From: Azolla caroliniana
Lineage: Eukaryota; Plantae; Polypodiophyta
Assembly (NCBI GenBank): GCA_043228905.1
Contig: JBHGNT010000009.1
Coordinates: 8,432,001 to 8,496,000, forward strand
Reading direction: 5' to 3'
Length of the DNA stretch: 64,000 nucleotides
Shown here: positions 1 to 12,109 of the stretch, in pieces
Position numbering within the stretch: the stretch's first letter is position 1
How the letters are laid out: the number at the start of each line of letters is the position of its first letter
Position numbers and translations under genes: made by a program
The notes under the pieces: model-generated
Told to the model about the DNA's origin: nothing
The model's input: only the letters and a program-made list of their open reading frames with translations
Databases searched by the model: none

Positions 1-897
1 CATCCGTTCGAACATCGCCATCATATTGTTAGCTTGTTGATTCTCCATCTCCTTGCCACCCGTATTCACGTCGGGTTCACCACTTGTGTTGTGCCTCTCG
101 GTGCTGGATCGTTACGTAAGTCGGGTGGGAACCGCTGGGGTTTTGGACTAGGAGAAAGGAGATCCTAAGATAGAGATTAATTATGAGTAGATAGCAAAGA
201 GAAAGATAAGAAATTCGTGAATCACACAAGTATACTATATTAATTGGTACTTAGGTTGTTAAGAAAGAAGTAGATGCATAAATCGTGAATCCCACAAATA
301 ATTTTTATATTGATCAATACTTAATCCAAAATAACCAACCCTTATACATCTTTCTCTCCTCCTTATATAAGGACGGAAGAGGCTAAGCATAGATTCTTGC
401 TTTTCTAAAGTGTTCATGCTCTCTAAATTTGCATGCTTTACTTTTCCCACTACGATTTCCTAAATTTAGCATTCATGCCCACTAGATGTGCATGCGTAAT
501 TTTATTAGTGTGCATATAAATAAAGTTTTCATGCATTCTAAAAATGCATAACTTACCTTTTAATAAAGGTAGGCGAAAATAAAGGTTTTATATGTATTAA
601 ATCTATATTTGCAACACTCAGAATAAGTTAGTATAATGGTAAGGTTGGAGTTTGTCTGCGTGGAGGTGGAGGGTTTGAATCCTGCCCTATGCACGTAACA
701 AAAATTTTAATGTTTCTTTTATTTACAATTGTGTCTCTTCATCCCGTAAGAGACTCTGACCGGCCTTCTTCATCCGGCTCTTCCTTGCCGATTCCTCCTT
801 GTCGGTTCCTCTTCGTCCGGTTCTCACCGGGTATTTCATTCTCTATCCGGATGGACAAAATGCAATTTCCAGGTAGTGTGTAAATTACACTACGACA
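1..897 (-). mobile_element. Ty3/Gypsy element A: 5' LTR (85-897), tRNA-Trp PBS and start of gag; continues off the left edge
   Basis: Minus strand reads TGTCGTAG...AACACA (897 to 85), then AG, then TGGTGAACCCGACGTGAAT, then a frame MENQQANNMMAMFERM. Same PBS type as Gypsy J. Confidence 0.8.
64..82 (-). promoter_or_regulatory. Primer-binding site complementary to the 3' end of tRNA-Trp
   Basis: Plus strand ATTCACGTCGGGTTCACCA equals the 3' end of plant cytosolic tRNA-Trp including CCA, 2 nt from the LTR end. Confidence 0.8.
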
Positions 898-2748
898 ACG
901 TGATCGGACGACGGAAAGCAGAGAAGGAAGGTATCAGGCCGGTGAGGCGGCTACGAACCAAATCGAACTTACCGGAAAGGTCATGAGCATAAGGAAGTCT
1001 GGTCCTACGGGATCCCCACACCAGACCGGAGACTCCGGCAGTTTGGCCAGTGTGGCAACGTGAGACCTTGAGAGAAGGCTGGTGGCGGCGGGAAAACAGA
1101 ACTCGACTACGCGGAAGACATGAGGAGAGTCCAAGAGGGACTCAAACAAAAGGCACCCGAATTTCGGCAAGCAACGAAACGAAGACCGGTCCTATAGGAT
1201 CTTCACACCGATCCGGAGACTCTGGCTGTTCGGCCAACGTGGCAACATAAGACCGAGAGAGAAGGATGGTGGTGGCAAGGAACGGGACCCAGCATCGACA
1301 ATAGCCGACAAGACAGAAGCTGTCTAAGTGCAAACCCCCCCCCCCTACCAGTCGGTTAGGGTTTCCGAGGGAGCCGGCAAGGGCAAGTACGGGCAGTGTG
1401 CCAAGCCGGGAATGGCACACCCAGGGTTGAAGAAGAATTGTGCAAGTGGCTATCAAGGGCCGAATCGGAGCACGACTAAAGGACGGCACGCACGCGGTGG
1501 TGCCGGGAACACGGAAAAGGGGTGCACGACGAACTGCACGGGTCGGAGACCGGAAAGGATATACAAGCCGGAGAAGGATCCTCCACGCCCACTTCGGAGA
1601 TCTCGACGGCTCGATCAGAGTGGCAACGACTGGCATAGCATACCAGACCCGAGACAACAAGTTGGTGGGGGCGAGGGGACGACGGCGAGCGGAAGGCTCC
1701 AAACCGGTAGCAGCATCGCGAGACGAAAGTGGCCAAGCGAGCTACCATGGGGTGTTCCTCGGACGCGGAGGACACCGGTACGCGAAGAGCGAAGCGTGCA
1801 TACGGCTGAGGGAAGGGCCAACAATGAGGCACGCGTACTACGGGGTCGTAGCGAACAACCTATTGGCGGGACGAATGAGACTATGGAGAGGCAAGTGGCA
1901 TGAGGATGAACCAGATCCGGGCAACATGGATAGCGAGGACAACCGGTTCGGGGCGATTGGTGATCCAGAGGACGAAGGGTAACTGCGGGCCGGTCTTCTC
2001 CGGCAAGAGTCTATTTTGGCGCATACCGGTGGATGCGCGATTAGGTGGGGGCAGATGTCGTGGAGAAAACCGTCCCTAGGCGGAATCGAAGAATATTGGG
2101 AGAATCGGCGGTGTGCACCATGTGCACTTACCCTTGTAAAAACGTGTGAATAATAGGAGTTAAGTCGGGACAAAGGATCCCATGTATAAGGGATTTATCC
2201 CACATTGTAACGCATCTCCCTCCTTGTTCTATAAAACGAAGGGAGCGCCTCTTGTGAAGGGGTTGCCCATTTTGAGTTAGGAGGGTATACCGTTAGGTTT
2301 AGTATTCCGTTTATCTTTTCTTCTTCTTCTTCTTTCCCTTCGTGTTTGCTTAGGGTTTGCTTCCGCTCGGCCTCTTGTGCAAGACCCTACTCGGCGCGAC
2401 GAGCCCGAGAGCTCCCCGACGGCGGCTTGGTGGCAGACTGTTGTTGTAGCGTAACCTACCTTGGTCCGGCTCAAAGCTGGGGATGTATTCTTTCCCTTGT
2501 AATATACATATTTGCGTTTGTTTGTGCATATCGGTGTATTTGGTGGTGTCGGAAGCACAGCCCCTTGCTTCCTATGCATAAGAGTTGGTGTCGCGTGCAC
2601 GTTCTCCCTCTCCTTTGTCTCTCTCTCTCTCGCGTTTGGTTGCCTCCGGAGCGCATCCAGAGTCGGTTTCTCGGCACCCCCCTTTTCCCCCTAGTCTGAG
2701 ACCCCTGTGGTCCCGCCCTTCTCCACGCACGTGCGTAACAACGCGACA
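898..2748 (+). mobile_element. Non-autonomous Gypsy derivative B: 3' internal region, PPT (2043-2055), 3' LTR (2056-2748)
   Basis: LTR termini TGTCGTGGAGAAAACCGTCCCTAGGCGGAATCG...GTAACAACGCGACA match those of J. The final codons HEDEPDPGNMDSEDNRFGAIGDPEDEG match J's integrase tail. No other pol homology is visible. Confidence 0.85.
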
Positions 2749-5700
2749 CCGTCTGCTCCTTCATTTCAATGTCGGCTTCAGCTTCCCTCTCGTCTACTTG
2801 GCCTTCATACGACTCGGCTCTCTTGAATCAAACTTCTCGACTAAATCGGTTGTCTCTGATTCATCTTTTGTCTTTTCTGAATCTGTTGTGTCCAACTCAC
2901 CTACCTTCTAGCCTTTGACCACATCTGCCCATGTCCCTTCTTCTTTTTCGTCGGCTCCGTCCTTCTTGGCTCTACCGCCTCCTCTGCCACTACCGGATGT
3001 TTCGACTTCCTCAATCAATTCAGCTTCTTTTAGTTGCCCAACTTGTTCTCCCCTTCAAGTGCAGCACATCAAGATGTTGTAGCCCAAGCATCTTCGAAAA
3101 TTGTTGCAACTTGTCCAGTCCAAGCGCCTTGGTGAATATGGAACCTGCCGATTGGTTCAAACATACCAAAGTTCGACTTCACTGCTCAGGACCCGCTCGC
3201 ACACAAAGTGGTAATGCACTTCTATGTGCTTCGGCATGGAATACGGGGTTCTTGGTCAGCTGCATGTTACTGATGTTGTCACAATAGATCAGAATCAGAG
3301 TGGGAACTTCGACTTGGAGATCCTGCAACAGTCACTTGAGCCATATAGCCTCACATGTAGTGATGGTGGCGCCTCTGTACTCAACCTCGGTGCTTGACAA
3401 GGCCAATGTCCAATGTTTCTTATTACTCCATGTTATCGATGCGCTCCCATGGGAGAACATAAAGCCTGATGTTGATCGACGATTTATGACGCCTCTGGCC
3501 CAATCGGCATCTATGTAGCCGACCAACTATTCAGCTATGCCCTGTCGATATAGCAGTCCATGATCCTTTGTGCCACTCACATATCTCAGTATCCGATGCG
3601 CGCACTGAAGGTGCTCAAGTGTCGGTCTCTACATGAATTGATTTACAATGCCGACCGGATAGCTAAGATCGGGTCGGGTGATGGTTAAGTATATGGCTTC
3701 CGACGATTTGTCAAAACCATTTCGCATCGCAGGCCACTCCTGAGTCATGGAGGAGCTTCAGGTTTCGATCAAGAGGAGTGGAGACGGATCGACAATCCGT
3801 CATGCCGAACTTATACAGCATATTCAAGACATAGTGTCATTGAGTTAGCAATATGTCGTTAGGGGTGTGGATCACTTTGATCCGAGGAAGTAATGAAGGT
3901 CCCCCAAATCCTTCATTTCAAATGCTTCCAACAATTGAGATTTTACTCGGCTGTTTGGCATCCTACGATGCCTTCGCATAGCTCTCTGGCTCGCGGACTT
4001 CTGCCACTTTCGACATGTACGCATAAGGATGTGCCATGTATTCATTGTATCCGTACCGAATCATCGGGTTCTTGTGGCGAGTCGATAGGTGTAACTTCTC
4101 ATTAGCCGATTTTAGGGCCCTCTTGGCTGCATCTCACCTCAGTTCCTAAGGCTCCTTTTCACTCTAGTTGGAATCAAATTCTCCCTTATCCGATGCACCT
4201 ATGTCTGTGCCATACTCTGGCATCTTCATCTTCCCTTTCTCTTTGCGTGTGTACCATCTCCTCGGTTTCTGGCGTGGGGAATGCACAACCGAGTCTTCAC
4301 TGCTTGTCGGCTCTTCATTCGACTGGTCGTTTCGACTTAGCTCTCCATTCGGGCCAGTCAGCCACAATGAAACCATACTCTCTTCTGGAGGATCGATTTC
4401 TTCTTCAACTCTCAACAATTGGCACAGAGTCGTCAGGGATCGGAAGAGAATACCAGGACGCCGATTCGTCAAAGACAACGTCGCGGCTCACTCGTACTTG
4501 CTTCGTCCAAGGGTTATGGCATTTGTACCCCTTTTGTTCATGCGAGTAGCCGACCAGGATGCATTTCTCTGACTTGGCATCTAGATTCTTCCGCTTCTCA
4601 TGCGGCACATGCACATACGCTACCGAATACCCTTAGGTGCTTCAAATTCGACTTGCGCCCGAAATACAGCTCATGTGCTGACACCTTTCCTCTGTGTGCA
4701 GAAATCCAATTCTAGATGTACACTGTCATCGAATGGCATCAACCTAGTAAAATTTGGGCATGCTCTTCTCTTCCAGCATTGCCCGAGCCACTTCCATAAT
4801 CGACTGGTTCTTCCTTTCGACTACGCCATTCTGATCTAGCGTATATTTGTAGCTAAATTCACATCAAACTCCCATCTACTGTAAATAATATTTGAATTGG
4901 CCTGAAAAATATTCTTTTCCGCCATCCAATCACACACTTGATTTTCTGTTCTGTTTCCCATTCTACAAGATTTTTCAAGTTCCAGAAACAAGAGAAGGCA
5001 TCACTCTTCTTCTCTATGAGGTAAACCCATGTGTTTCGGGCATAGTCATCGATGAAGGAGACGAAACATCGACTCCCCACACATCTGAATGGATCAAATC
5101 AAGCTCATTATGGCTCCAATTTCGCTCGTTGGGGAAAGGAAGCTAATGTTGCTTCCCTAGCTAATAGGCGCCACAAACTTGGGCCTTCCAGCCACTGAAT
5201 TTCGGCAAGCCGAACACAACTTGTTTTGCTTGCAGATCCTGAAGCCTTTCAATATCTGATTGGACTTTTTTTCCTTTGGCAAACATTGCGGTGCCGACAT
5301 CGTTTGTCTCAAGGATGAACATCCTCCCTTCTCTACGCCCTTGTGCAATGATTTGTCCTTCTTCCTCAATGAAGCAGCCTAGGTGGGTGAACCGAACCTG
5401 CATTCCTTGGTGGATGATTTGTCTTATCGACACTAGATTCCTGGTGATCATTGGAACATGCAGGACGTTCATTAGTCCCCCTTTCTAACCAACATGGCTC
5501 AAGGGGACATCACCGACATGCTCGATGGGATGTCAAGTGTCGTTGCCGATTTCAATGACCCCCGGCTAATTCGGCTTCTCAAGATATGAGAACCACTCTT
5601 CATGGCTCGTCATCTGATTCAATGCTCCGGAATCAACATATTGTCACGGACACACCAACTGCGGACTCGGACAGAGCACGGATGATGGGGCTACGACCGT

Positions 5701-6946
5701 GGAACTTAAGAAGCTGGGAACGACACAAGAGCATGAAGACAGAGATGAAGAGGGAGACAAGATGGAATGAAAGGAGGATACTCGATTGATGTGTCAATGA
5801 TTGGTGTTGAATCCCCAAAAAGGGACCAAGGAGGTTACAAGTATTTATATTGTGAGCTATAAAGTGCATGCATTAGAATATTTTAGAACCCTCTAGAACC
5901 TTCTAGTTCTAGAACTTCTAGAGGTATGACTAAAGAGTATTTCTAGATAAAGTGCATTATATATAAATAAATGTTCATATCAAGATGGTTGAGCATGATA
6001 TCTTGTTTAGTGAGGTTGTAGTTTCAATCCTCACCAACTATGTATTATATATCACTATGTCATGATATTATCCACCCCTTTACGGCTATCTTTCCGAAAG
6101 CACATACTATACCTCGTTTGGGTTAGAGGTGCTCGTCTTCATCGAGTTGGCTTTGTGCTTCATTACGAAGGTAGGATACATTGCGTCTTGCTTCAAGACT
6201 TCAGTGAAATGTGATCGCTTCCGCTTTGCCTGACTTGGCTTTGTCGGAGTTGACCTTCTTCTTCCAGCACTCACTTTCCTTGTGACCCTTCCAGTCATAG
6301 TACCAGTAGTCGGTGGCTTTGTTTTTGCTTGCCTCTAGCACCACCCTGACTCCCCCTGCTTGTAGAGGGTCCACTGTTGTCGGCACTTCTTGTGTGCCTC
6401 TGCTTTTGCTCTTGTCAACCTCCACCATTGCGTGTCAATCCACCGCGTTCTCCACGAGCACGAGGCCTATCCGCCCCCGTGTACAATATCTAGTTGTCCA
6501 ACTGCGTGCTTCTTGATGGACTTGTGTGGATTTCTTCGACCATATTGATTGTTGATCAAAGTATGATGGTGGTTTCTCCCTCATGCAAATTGCCATTCGA
6601 ATCGGCCCATACCTTAGAGCTAGACCACCAAGGCAGATCTATACCATCTCTTCCTCGTCCGCCAGCACATTGATGAACCCTAAGGCATTGTAGATCTCCT
6701 TGATCTTCGTGGTGTAGTCAGTCATAGATATATACTTCTGTTGGATACTGTTGAGCTCTAGGCAAAGCTGCAACTTCCGGGTCGTGGTACTTGTTGCGAA
6801 AATCTTCTTCGGATTTTCCCATGCCTCCTTCGGCATTCTGGGTGTAGTCTCAGCATTTGATCATGCACACAAGATGCAAGGCAGTACAAGACTCTACTTG
6901 CTCCTTGCTCCCAGACCGGAAAATCCTTGTGTGTCGATTCTGGCAT
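2749..6946 (-). mobile_element. Decayed Ty1/Copia element C (gag, protease, integrase, partial RT, RNase H, 3' region)
   Basis: Fragments WEQGASRVLYCLASCVHD, YVDSGA, FVSFIDDYAR, KCILVGYSHEQKGYKC, GYIDADWA...ALSSTEVEY; many stops and an RT deletion near 3950. Confidence 0.9.
5642..6102 (-). mobile_element. Solo LTR inserted at the protease motif of C
   Basis: TG...CA ends; flanks CATAT/CATAC (TSD with one mismatch); removal restores V*YVDSGA; TATAAATA on the minus strand. Confidence 0.7.
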
Positions 6947-7502
6947 TGTCCCACGGGCATGCCATGTGTTGGCCTATGCGAATATGATCCAGAGGTGGAG
7001 ATGTGGACTAGGAAGAGTTAAGGTCGGATAAATAATAATATATTATAGATAAATACTATTAAGGAAAGGATTGGTCTAGATACTAGTTGTACCGATTCAG
7101 ATCCACACTATTTTGTAGCCGGTAGCCGGATAGGCACCGTTTTGTACCGTTTTACCGAATGCCTATATAAAGGATCCGGATCAATGTAACTTTACGGAAG
7201 TAATGCAAGATAAAGTATTGATTTTCTATTATATTTTCTTTTGTGTGATCCCTCTTGTGTACTTGTCATCTGTGCTATAACTCGTTATCTTACGCGTGTC
7301 ATTGAGTGTTGGATACGTTGTATGTGTTCCGGAAGGTAATCGGATATTGATAAGTGCCGGAGTGAATAATCACCATCCATATCTCCGACCAACCCTTTGG
7401 ATACGTATTCCGGAAGGGAATACCCTATGTTAGAGGCTAAGTTCAGCCCAAGAGTAACATTAAATAGAGAGCGACGCGAGAACGCGTGAGTGGGTGGTGT
7501 CA
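6947..7502 (+). mobile_element. LTR-like segment without a matching TSD (probable recombinant solo LTR)
   Basis: TGTCCCACGG...GGTGTCA with a TATATAAAGG box near 7165; flanks GGCAT and TAGCA belong to different host elements. Confidence 0.6.
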
Positions 7503-7742
7503 TAGCAATGTGAGACTAGACGCCAAGATTCATGCGTGGTTGATACACTCTGTACCAAGAGAGTGTTGTAACCCATTCTTCCTTGTATATCTCTACATAG
7601 AAATGATTCTCTAATGCATGTGGTTTTCCTTGTTTAGGATTTCCACATAAAATATTGTGTATTGTGTTTTCGCTATTTCCTGTTTTTTCACGCTATGTGT
7701 TTCAGTCGTTCTTTCTCGCAGACCTACGATCCGAACTCAACA
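7503..7742 (+). mobile_element. 3' part of a Tork-like LTR inserted in Copia D
   Basis: GTGGTTTTCC...GGATTTCCACATAAA motif as in the F/G LTRs; ends ...CTCAACA directly before RNase H codons. Confidence 0.6.
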
Positions 7743-8790
7743 CTTTGTGCACGAGCGTGTCCTCTCAGGGGAAATGGAACCATAGTATGTTCCAACTGAT
7801 CGGCAAGTGGCCAACATCTTCACCAAACCTCTCACACCCGACAAGTTGTGGCAATTCTCAAGCATGCTTGGTCTACAACACCTCGATGTGCCGAACTTGA
7901 GGGGGGGAGTAGAATCGACTGAGGAAGCTAAATCCGACAAGAGAACGACTAGAAGAAAATCGGCTAAGGGAAGAACAGTCGACTGTAGGGGAAGTGGAAT
8001 GAGAGAGCCGGACCCAGACCCAACTGAACAAGGGGGAGACAGAGCCGAGAGAGGTAAGACAAGTGGCAGAGTCGGGGCTAGGACCACGACATGGTCGGAT
8101 GTGGTGAAGGGCCTGGAGGAGGACGAATCAAAGACATTCGATTCACACAAGAGTGGGAATGAGATGGAGATAGCTTATTCGAACAAGATGGGTGATTCAG
8201 ATGACCTGAATCACGTGAAGGTCAAACAGACGAGAAGAGCCAAAGACGATGCCAAGGTAGGAGAGTCGACAGATCGAGGGGCATCAAAGTTGCAGAGGCA
8301 AGAAGAAGGTCGATCAGGGCCTTAAGAGCAGACAAGCCGACCGAGCAGGTCGAGGAGTGTGGAACCGGACGGGTCATGGAGCGTGGACACAAAGACAAGC
8401 AACCAAGAGATGCTGGAGCGGCAGACGAGCTGGAGCTTATGAAGAACCTCAAGTGGAGCTTCAGGGGGAGTGTTGAGAGACAAGCTCAACATGAATCGAA
8501 CGGCTAAAGGTCGATAGGCTGAAGAAGCCAACAATCGAGTCTACTAATGAGAATCAGCTAAAGAAGCTGACAACTGCTCGGCCGAGGGATAGGTCGATGG
8601 GCCCTTAGTCCCTATATTCTTACTTATAATAATGGGAATATCTTTAGGAGTTTGTGTTAAATGCTCTTTATGAGCATTTAAGTACTGACGGTACTTGTGT
8701 CAGCCTGTGTTGGAGGCTTGTATAAAGAGTGCTCCTAAGCACATTGTACACACATAGAGTGTTGTTGTTTTGAATTAAGTTTTGTTGTCT

Positions 8791-8826
<36 letters not shown>

Positions 8827-8923
8827 TATGTATTTTTCCATTCGTTGTGTTTACCTAACTATTGCCAATGTTCAACTCAGCCGATTGTGTCTGTGTACAA
8901 GCATTTGCATCTTATTCTCTACA
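7743..8923 (+). mobile_element. Copia remnant D: RNase H end, long 3' region, PPT and 3' LTR (8471 to about 8923)
   Basis: FVHERVLSGE...VANIFTKPL...LRGG; PPT AGGGGGAG followed by TGTTGAGAGACAAGCTCAAC; same lineage as E and H. Confidence 0.8.
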
Positions 8924-11900
8924 ACTACAAAATATGTCTGCCACCACAATGGCATTCCCTATGCCAACAACCTCTATCATAACCTAGATGGCAATTCTAA
9001 CTTTGCAAAATCTACCAATAATGAGCATCTCTTAATATAAGATAATATGTTGCAAAGCTCCTTTGGCATGCAAATTTAACACATCATCGTTACAAACAAT
9101 GACAATTTCACCATCAATTGTAGCTATTGTGGTGTCATTTTTCTTGTTCTCAATAGTTCTAGTTTCCTAGTCTCTTTTCTCTTTTCTATAGCGACCACAA
9201 TATCGACAGGATTTTGTTTTCTTATTTTGGACTTAGATCTCCCCTTGGATTTGTTTATATTGTTTTGTGGATCCTAATATTGCTTCTTCCTTTGTCTGAA
9301 TTTGTTTATGTCATTAGTTCCTCAAGTTTAGGACATAAGTCACTCTCCTTTTGTCTTGCTTCTTTATTATGCAAATTGGATTTAATTGTATCCAAAGTTA
9401 GTTTTCCTTGTGGTGTTGAATTCCCAAATGTCACTACAAGCACTTCCCAATTGCCAACCAACATAAAACCAATACCTCATCTACCAAATGTGTTTCTAAA
9501 GAGACCGTGAAAGATCAACCTGAATTGCTCTAACATGCTAGAACCATCTTGTTATCTCAATCTCTCTATCTTTCTGAACACAAAAACTCTAGTGAAGGCA
9601 TTTTTAGTTTCAAACATGCCCTCAATTTTCTTCCACATTTGGGGATTCTCCTCCACTACTTTTTGTTATGTTGTTCACTCTCTATTGATGGAGTAATTGA
9701 GCTGAAAACATTGCAATGGCTCTAGCCATGATGACCTATAACAAATCACAAAGAAGTAGAGTAAAAAACTAAAAAGAATGACATTGTTCATCCTATATGT
9801 AATGAACGTGTAGCAAAACCCCTTTTTGAGGTTGATTCATCCGGACATTCTTCCATTGAACAATCAACACACTCGACGCCCTTGTATGCCACTAGCATGG
9901 TAATGTAACTATTTCTCTACCTCATTGCTATTGTTTGGTAATTACGTAGTTAATTTGTTGTCCTTAATTTATTGTAACCATCATTGCAACAATTGTTACT
10001 GATTTAAAGGATGAGCCTCATGGTGTTACCCAATGGGTGTTTTATTGGTTCTTAGTTTGGTTGTAACAATTCCTTTACTCGATTCCAGAGTCATCACAAA
10101 GGCTTGGAGTTAATAGACACTTATTTTGTCGTGTGATGGTGTTGAAACTTGGAAATATGGAAAAAAGTTCCTCGGGAATCGCAATAATGAAATTCAAACC
10201 TTGTTCGCAAAGATTCAATTTGAGATTCGTATTTATTTTTTGGGATATATTATAGGGGTATTTTACACATAAATAGTTTCTCAATTGGGTGAGATTTTGG
10301 GGTTTATGGATATCATGTACCTAATGTCTTCCATAAACCTAGAACAAAATAAGGCTACTTGACATTAAGCTATCTTTAAGTGCTCTAAACTTTAAAACAC
10401 CATTTTGTGTAGAGGATCTCTTGTGTAGTAGAGATATGTTTGCCGATTGTCTTGTCATCTTGGTTCCCAATAACATTATGAGTTGGTGAATTCGCCAAAA
10501 GGCCACTTGTTCTAAGTGCATTTGACAACATTGTAGATATTCATATTTGTCAAAATTATCCACGTTTTGTTTAACTAATCTAGAAATTAAAGACTTTTGT
10601 AGTTAAGCAATGTGATTTTGTTTAATCAAGGTTTGGGCATTAACTAAGCAATGCAAAATGGCGACTAAGTCAACCAGAGGAGAATGTATATGTGAGTACC
10701 ATTATGAAGAGAATGTGAAGGGTCAATGTGGCACCATTGCACAAATTTAAGAAATTATTTTTGAACTAGGTTGATAAGACTTGGAAGTTGTTGATGAAAA
10801 GAGAATTAAGGCATGAGGATATAAAAGCATTGTGAGGGGACGGAATGCAAGGGTAATGTATTTGGGTAGATTCAATGTTGGGTTGAGGAGCCTATCCAAC
10901 ATTGCAATTAATGAACTATGGGTTTAGGAGGGTTCTTATCAGCTTTGGCATAGAGAAATAAATTAGTGGCAAACTTGGAAAGGTACTCAAGATGTATACA
11001 ATCTTCGTATCTTTGGTTGTAGAATATGGGGAAGTAGGAATCCCTTAAAGTGCAAAGAAGTAAGGCATCTCTCTCCCAATAATTTTCCTCTTGGACAAGG
11101 TGGTTTAAAACATCTTAAACCAATGGAAATCTTGGGAATTATGCCTAAAATATAAATAACATTCATAAGTTATAACTTTGATTGTGGAATATAGTAAGTA
11201 GGAAGCCCTTAAAGTGCAAGGAAAAAGTAAGACACCTCTCTCCAAAAAATTGTCCTCTTGGAGATGGATCCTCAAAGCATCCTATAGCCCAATGGGGTGC
11301 ATTGGATTCATTCCTCTGGGTTCAAAACTTTGAGGAGCATATCATTTAGGGTGCACACTTCCCAAGAAAATTCAATCCATTTCTAGACACTTTATTAAGG
11401 ATATTGGATTCAAGTGCATTGGTGCTACTTGAAATTTAATCCCCTCTCTCGAAATGTAGAATGATATTGGACTTACACAAAACCCCAATGTTTTTGTTCT
11501 TAGGAGGAGAAGAGTGCATGGTAAGCGTTGAAGCATGCTAATAATAATAATTTAATCTCTTGATTGGCTTTATGGACCTCAAGGAAACAAAACCACACAC
11601 AATCTAAATGGGGTTTTTTTATGAGACTTAAGAAAGCAAAACCTTGGGCATTGTCCAATTAATCATGCATACTATACAAATTTAGTATGAGAATTGGACC
11701 ATTCATCTTCCTACCAATCAATGGTGATTCAACAAATTAGGTAGAATGTTCCTAAGGTTTTTTGGTGGTTGGCTCTCTTCTCATCAAGGCTTCATTAGCT
11801 TTGTTGATGCAACTTAGGTCCTCAATGAAAGTGTCACTAGTTGACAACCAACAATTGGCGGGCTTAATAGATATCCTAACCCTTTTTTTGTTTTGGTGTT

Positions 11901-12109
11901 TTTGCCCTATTGGCATGCTTGTTATGTTATCCACAAGGCTTATTCTAGTATAAAGCATCCAAATTCTACAAACTCTTCCTTTTCTTGTACTACACATTAA
12001 GAGGAAAAAAAACTTGAAAGCGACTAAGATATATTATCTCTCACCTAAACCTTTCGTCTTTTAAGTTTACAACCTTAAAAGCATTGAACTTAACTATCCA
12101 CTTAAGGAT

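Noticed and set aside
64-82. tRNA-Trp gene fragment
   Set aside because: Only the 3' 19 nt with CCA, adjacent to an LTR end, so it is a primer-binding site.
934-2911. Overlapping ORFs of 100-190 aa on both strands
   Set aside because: GC-rich retroelement sequence with no recognisable domains beyond the integrase tail.
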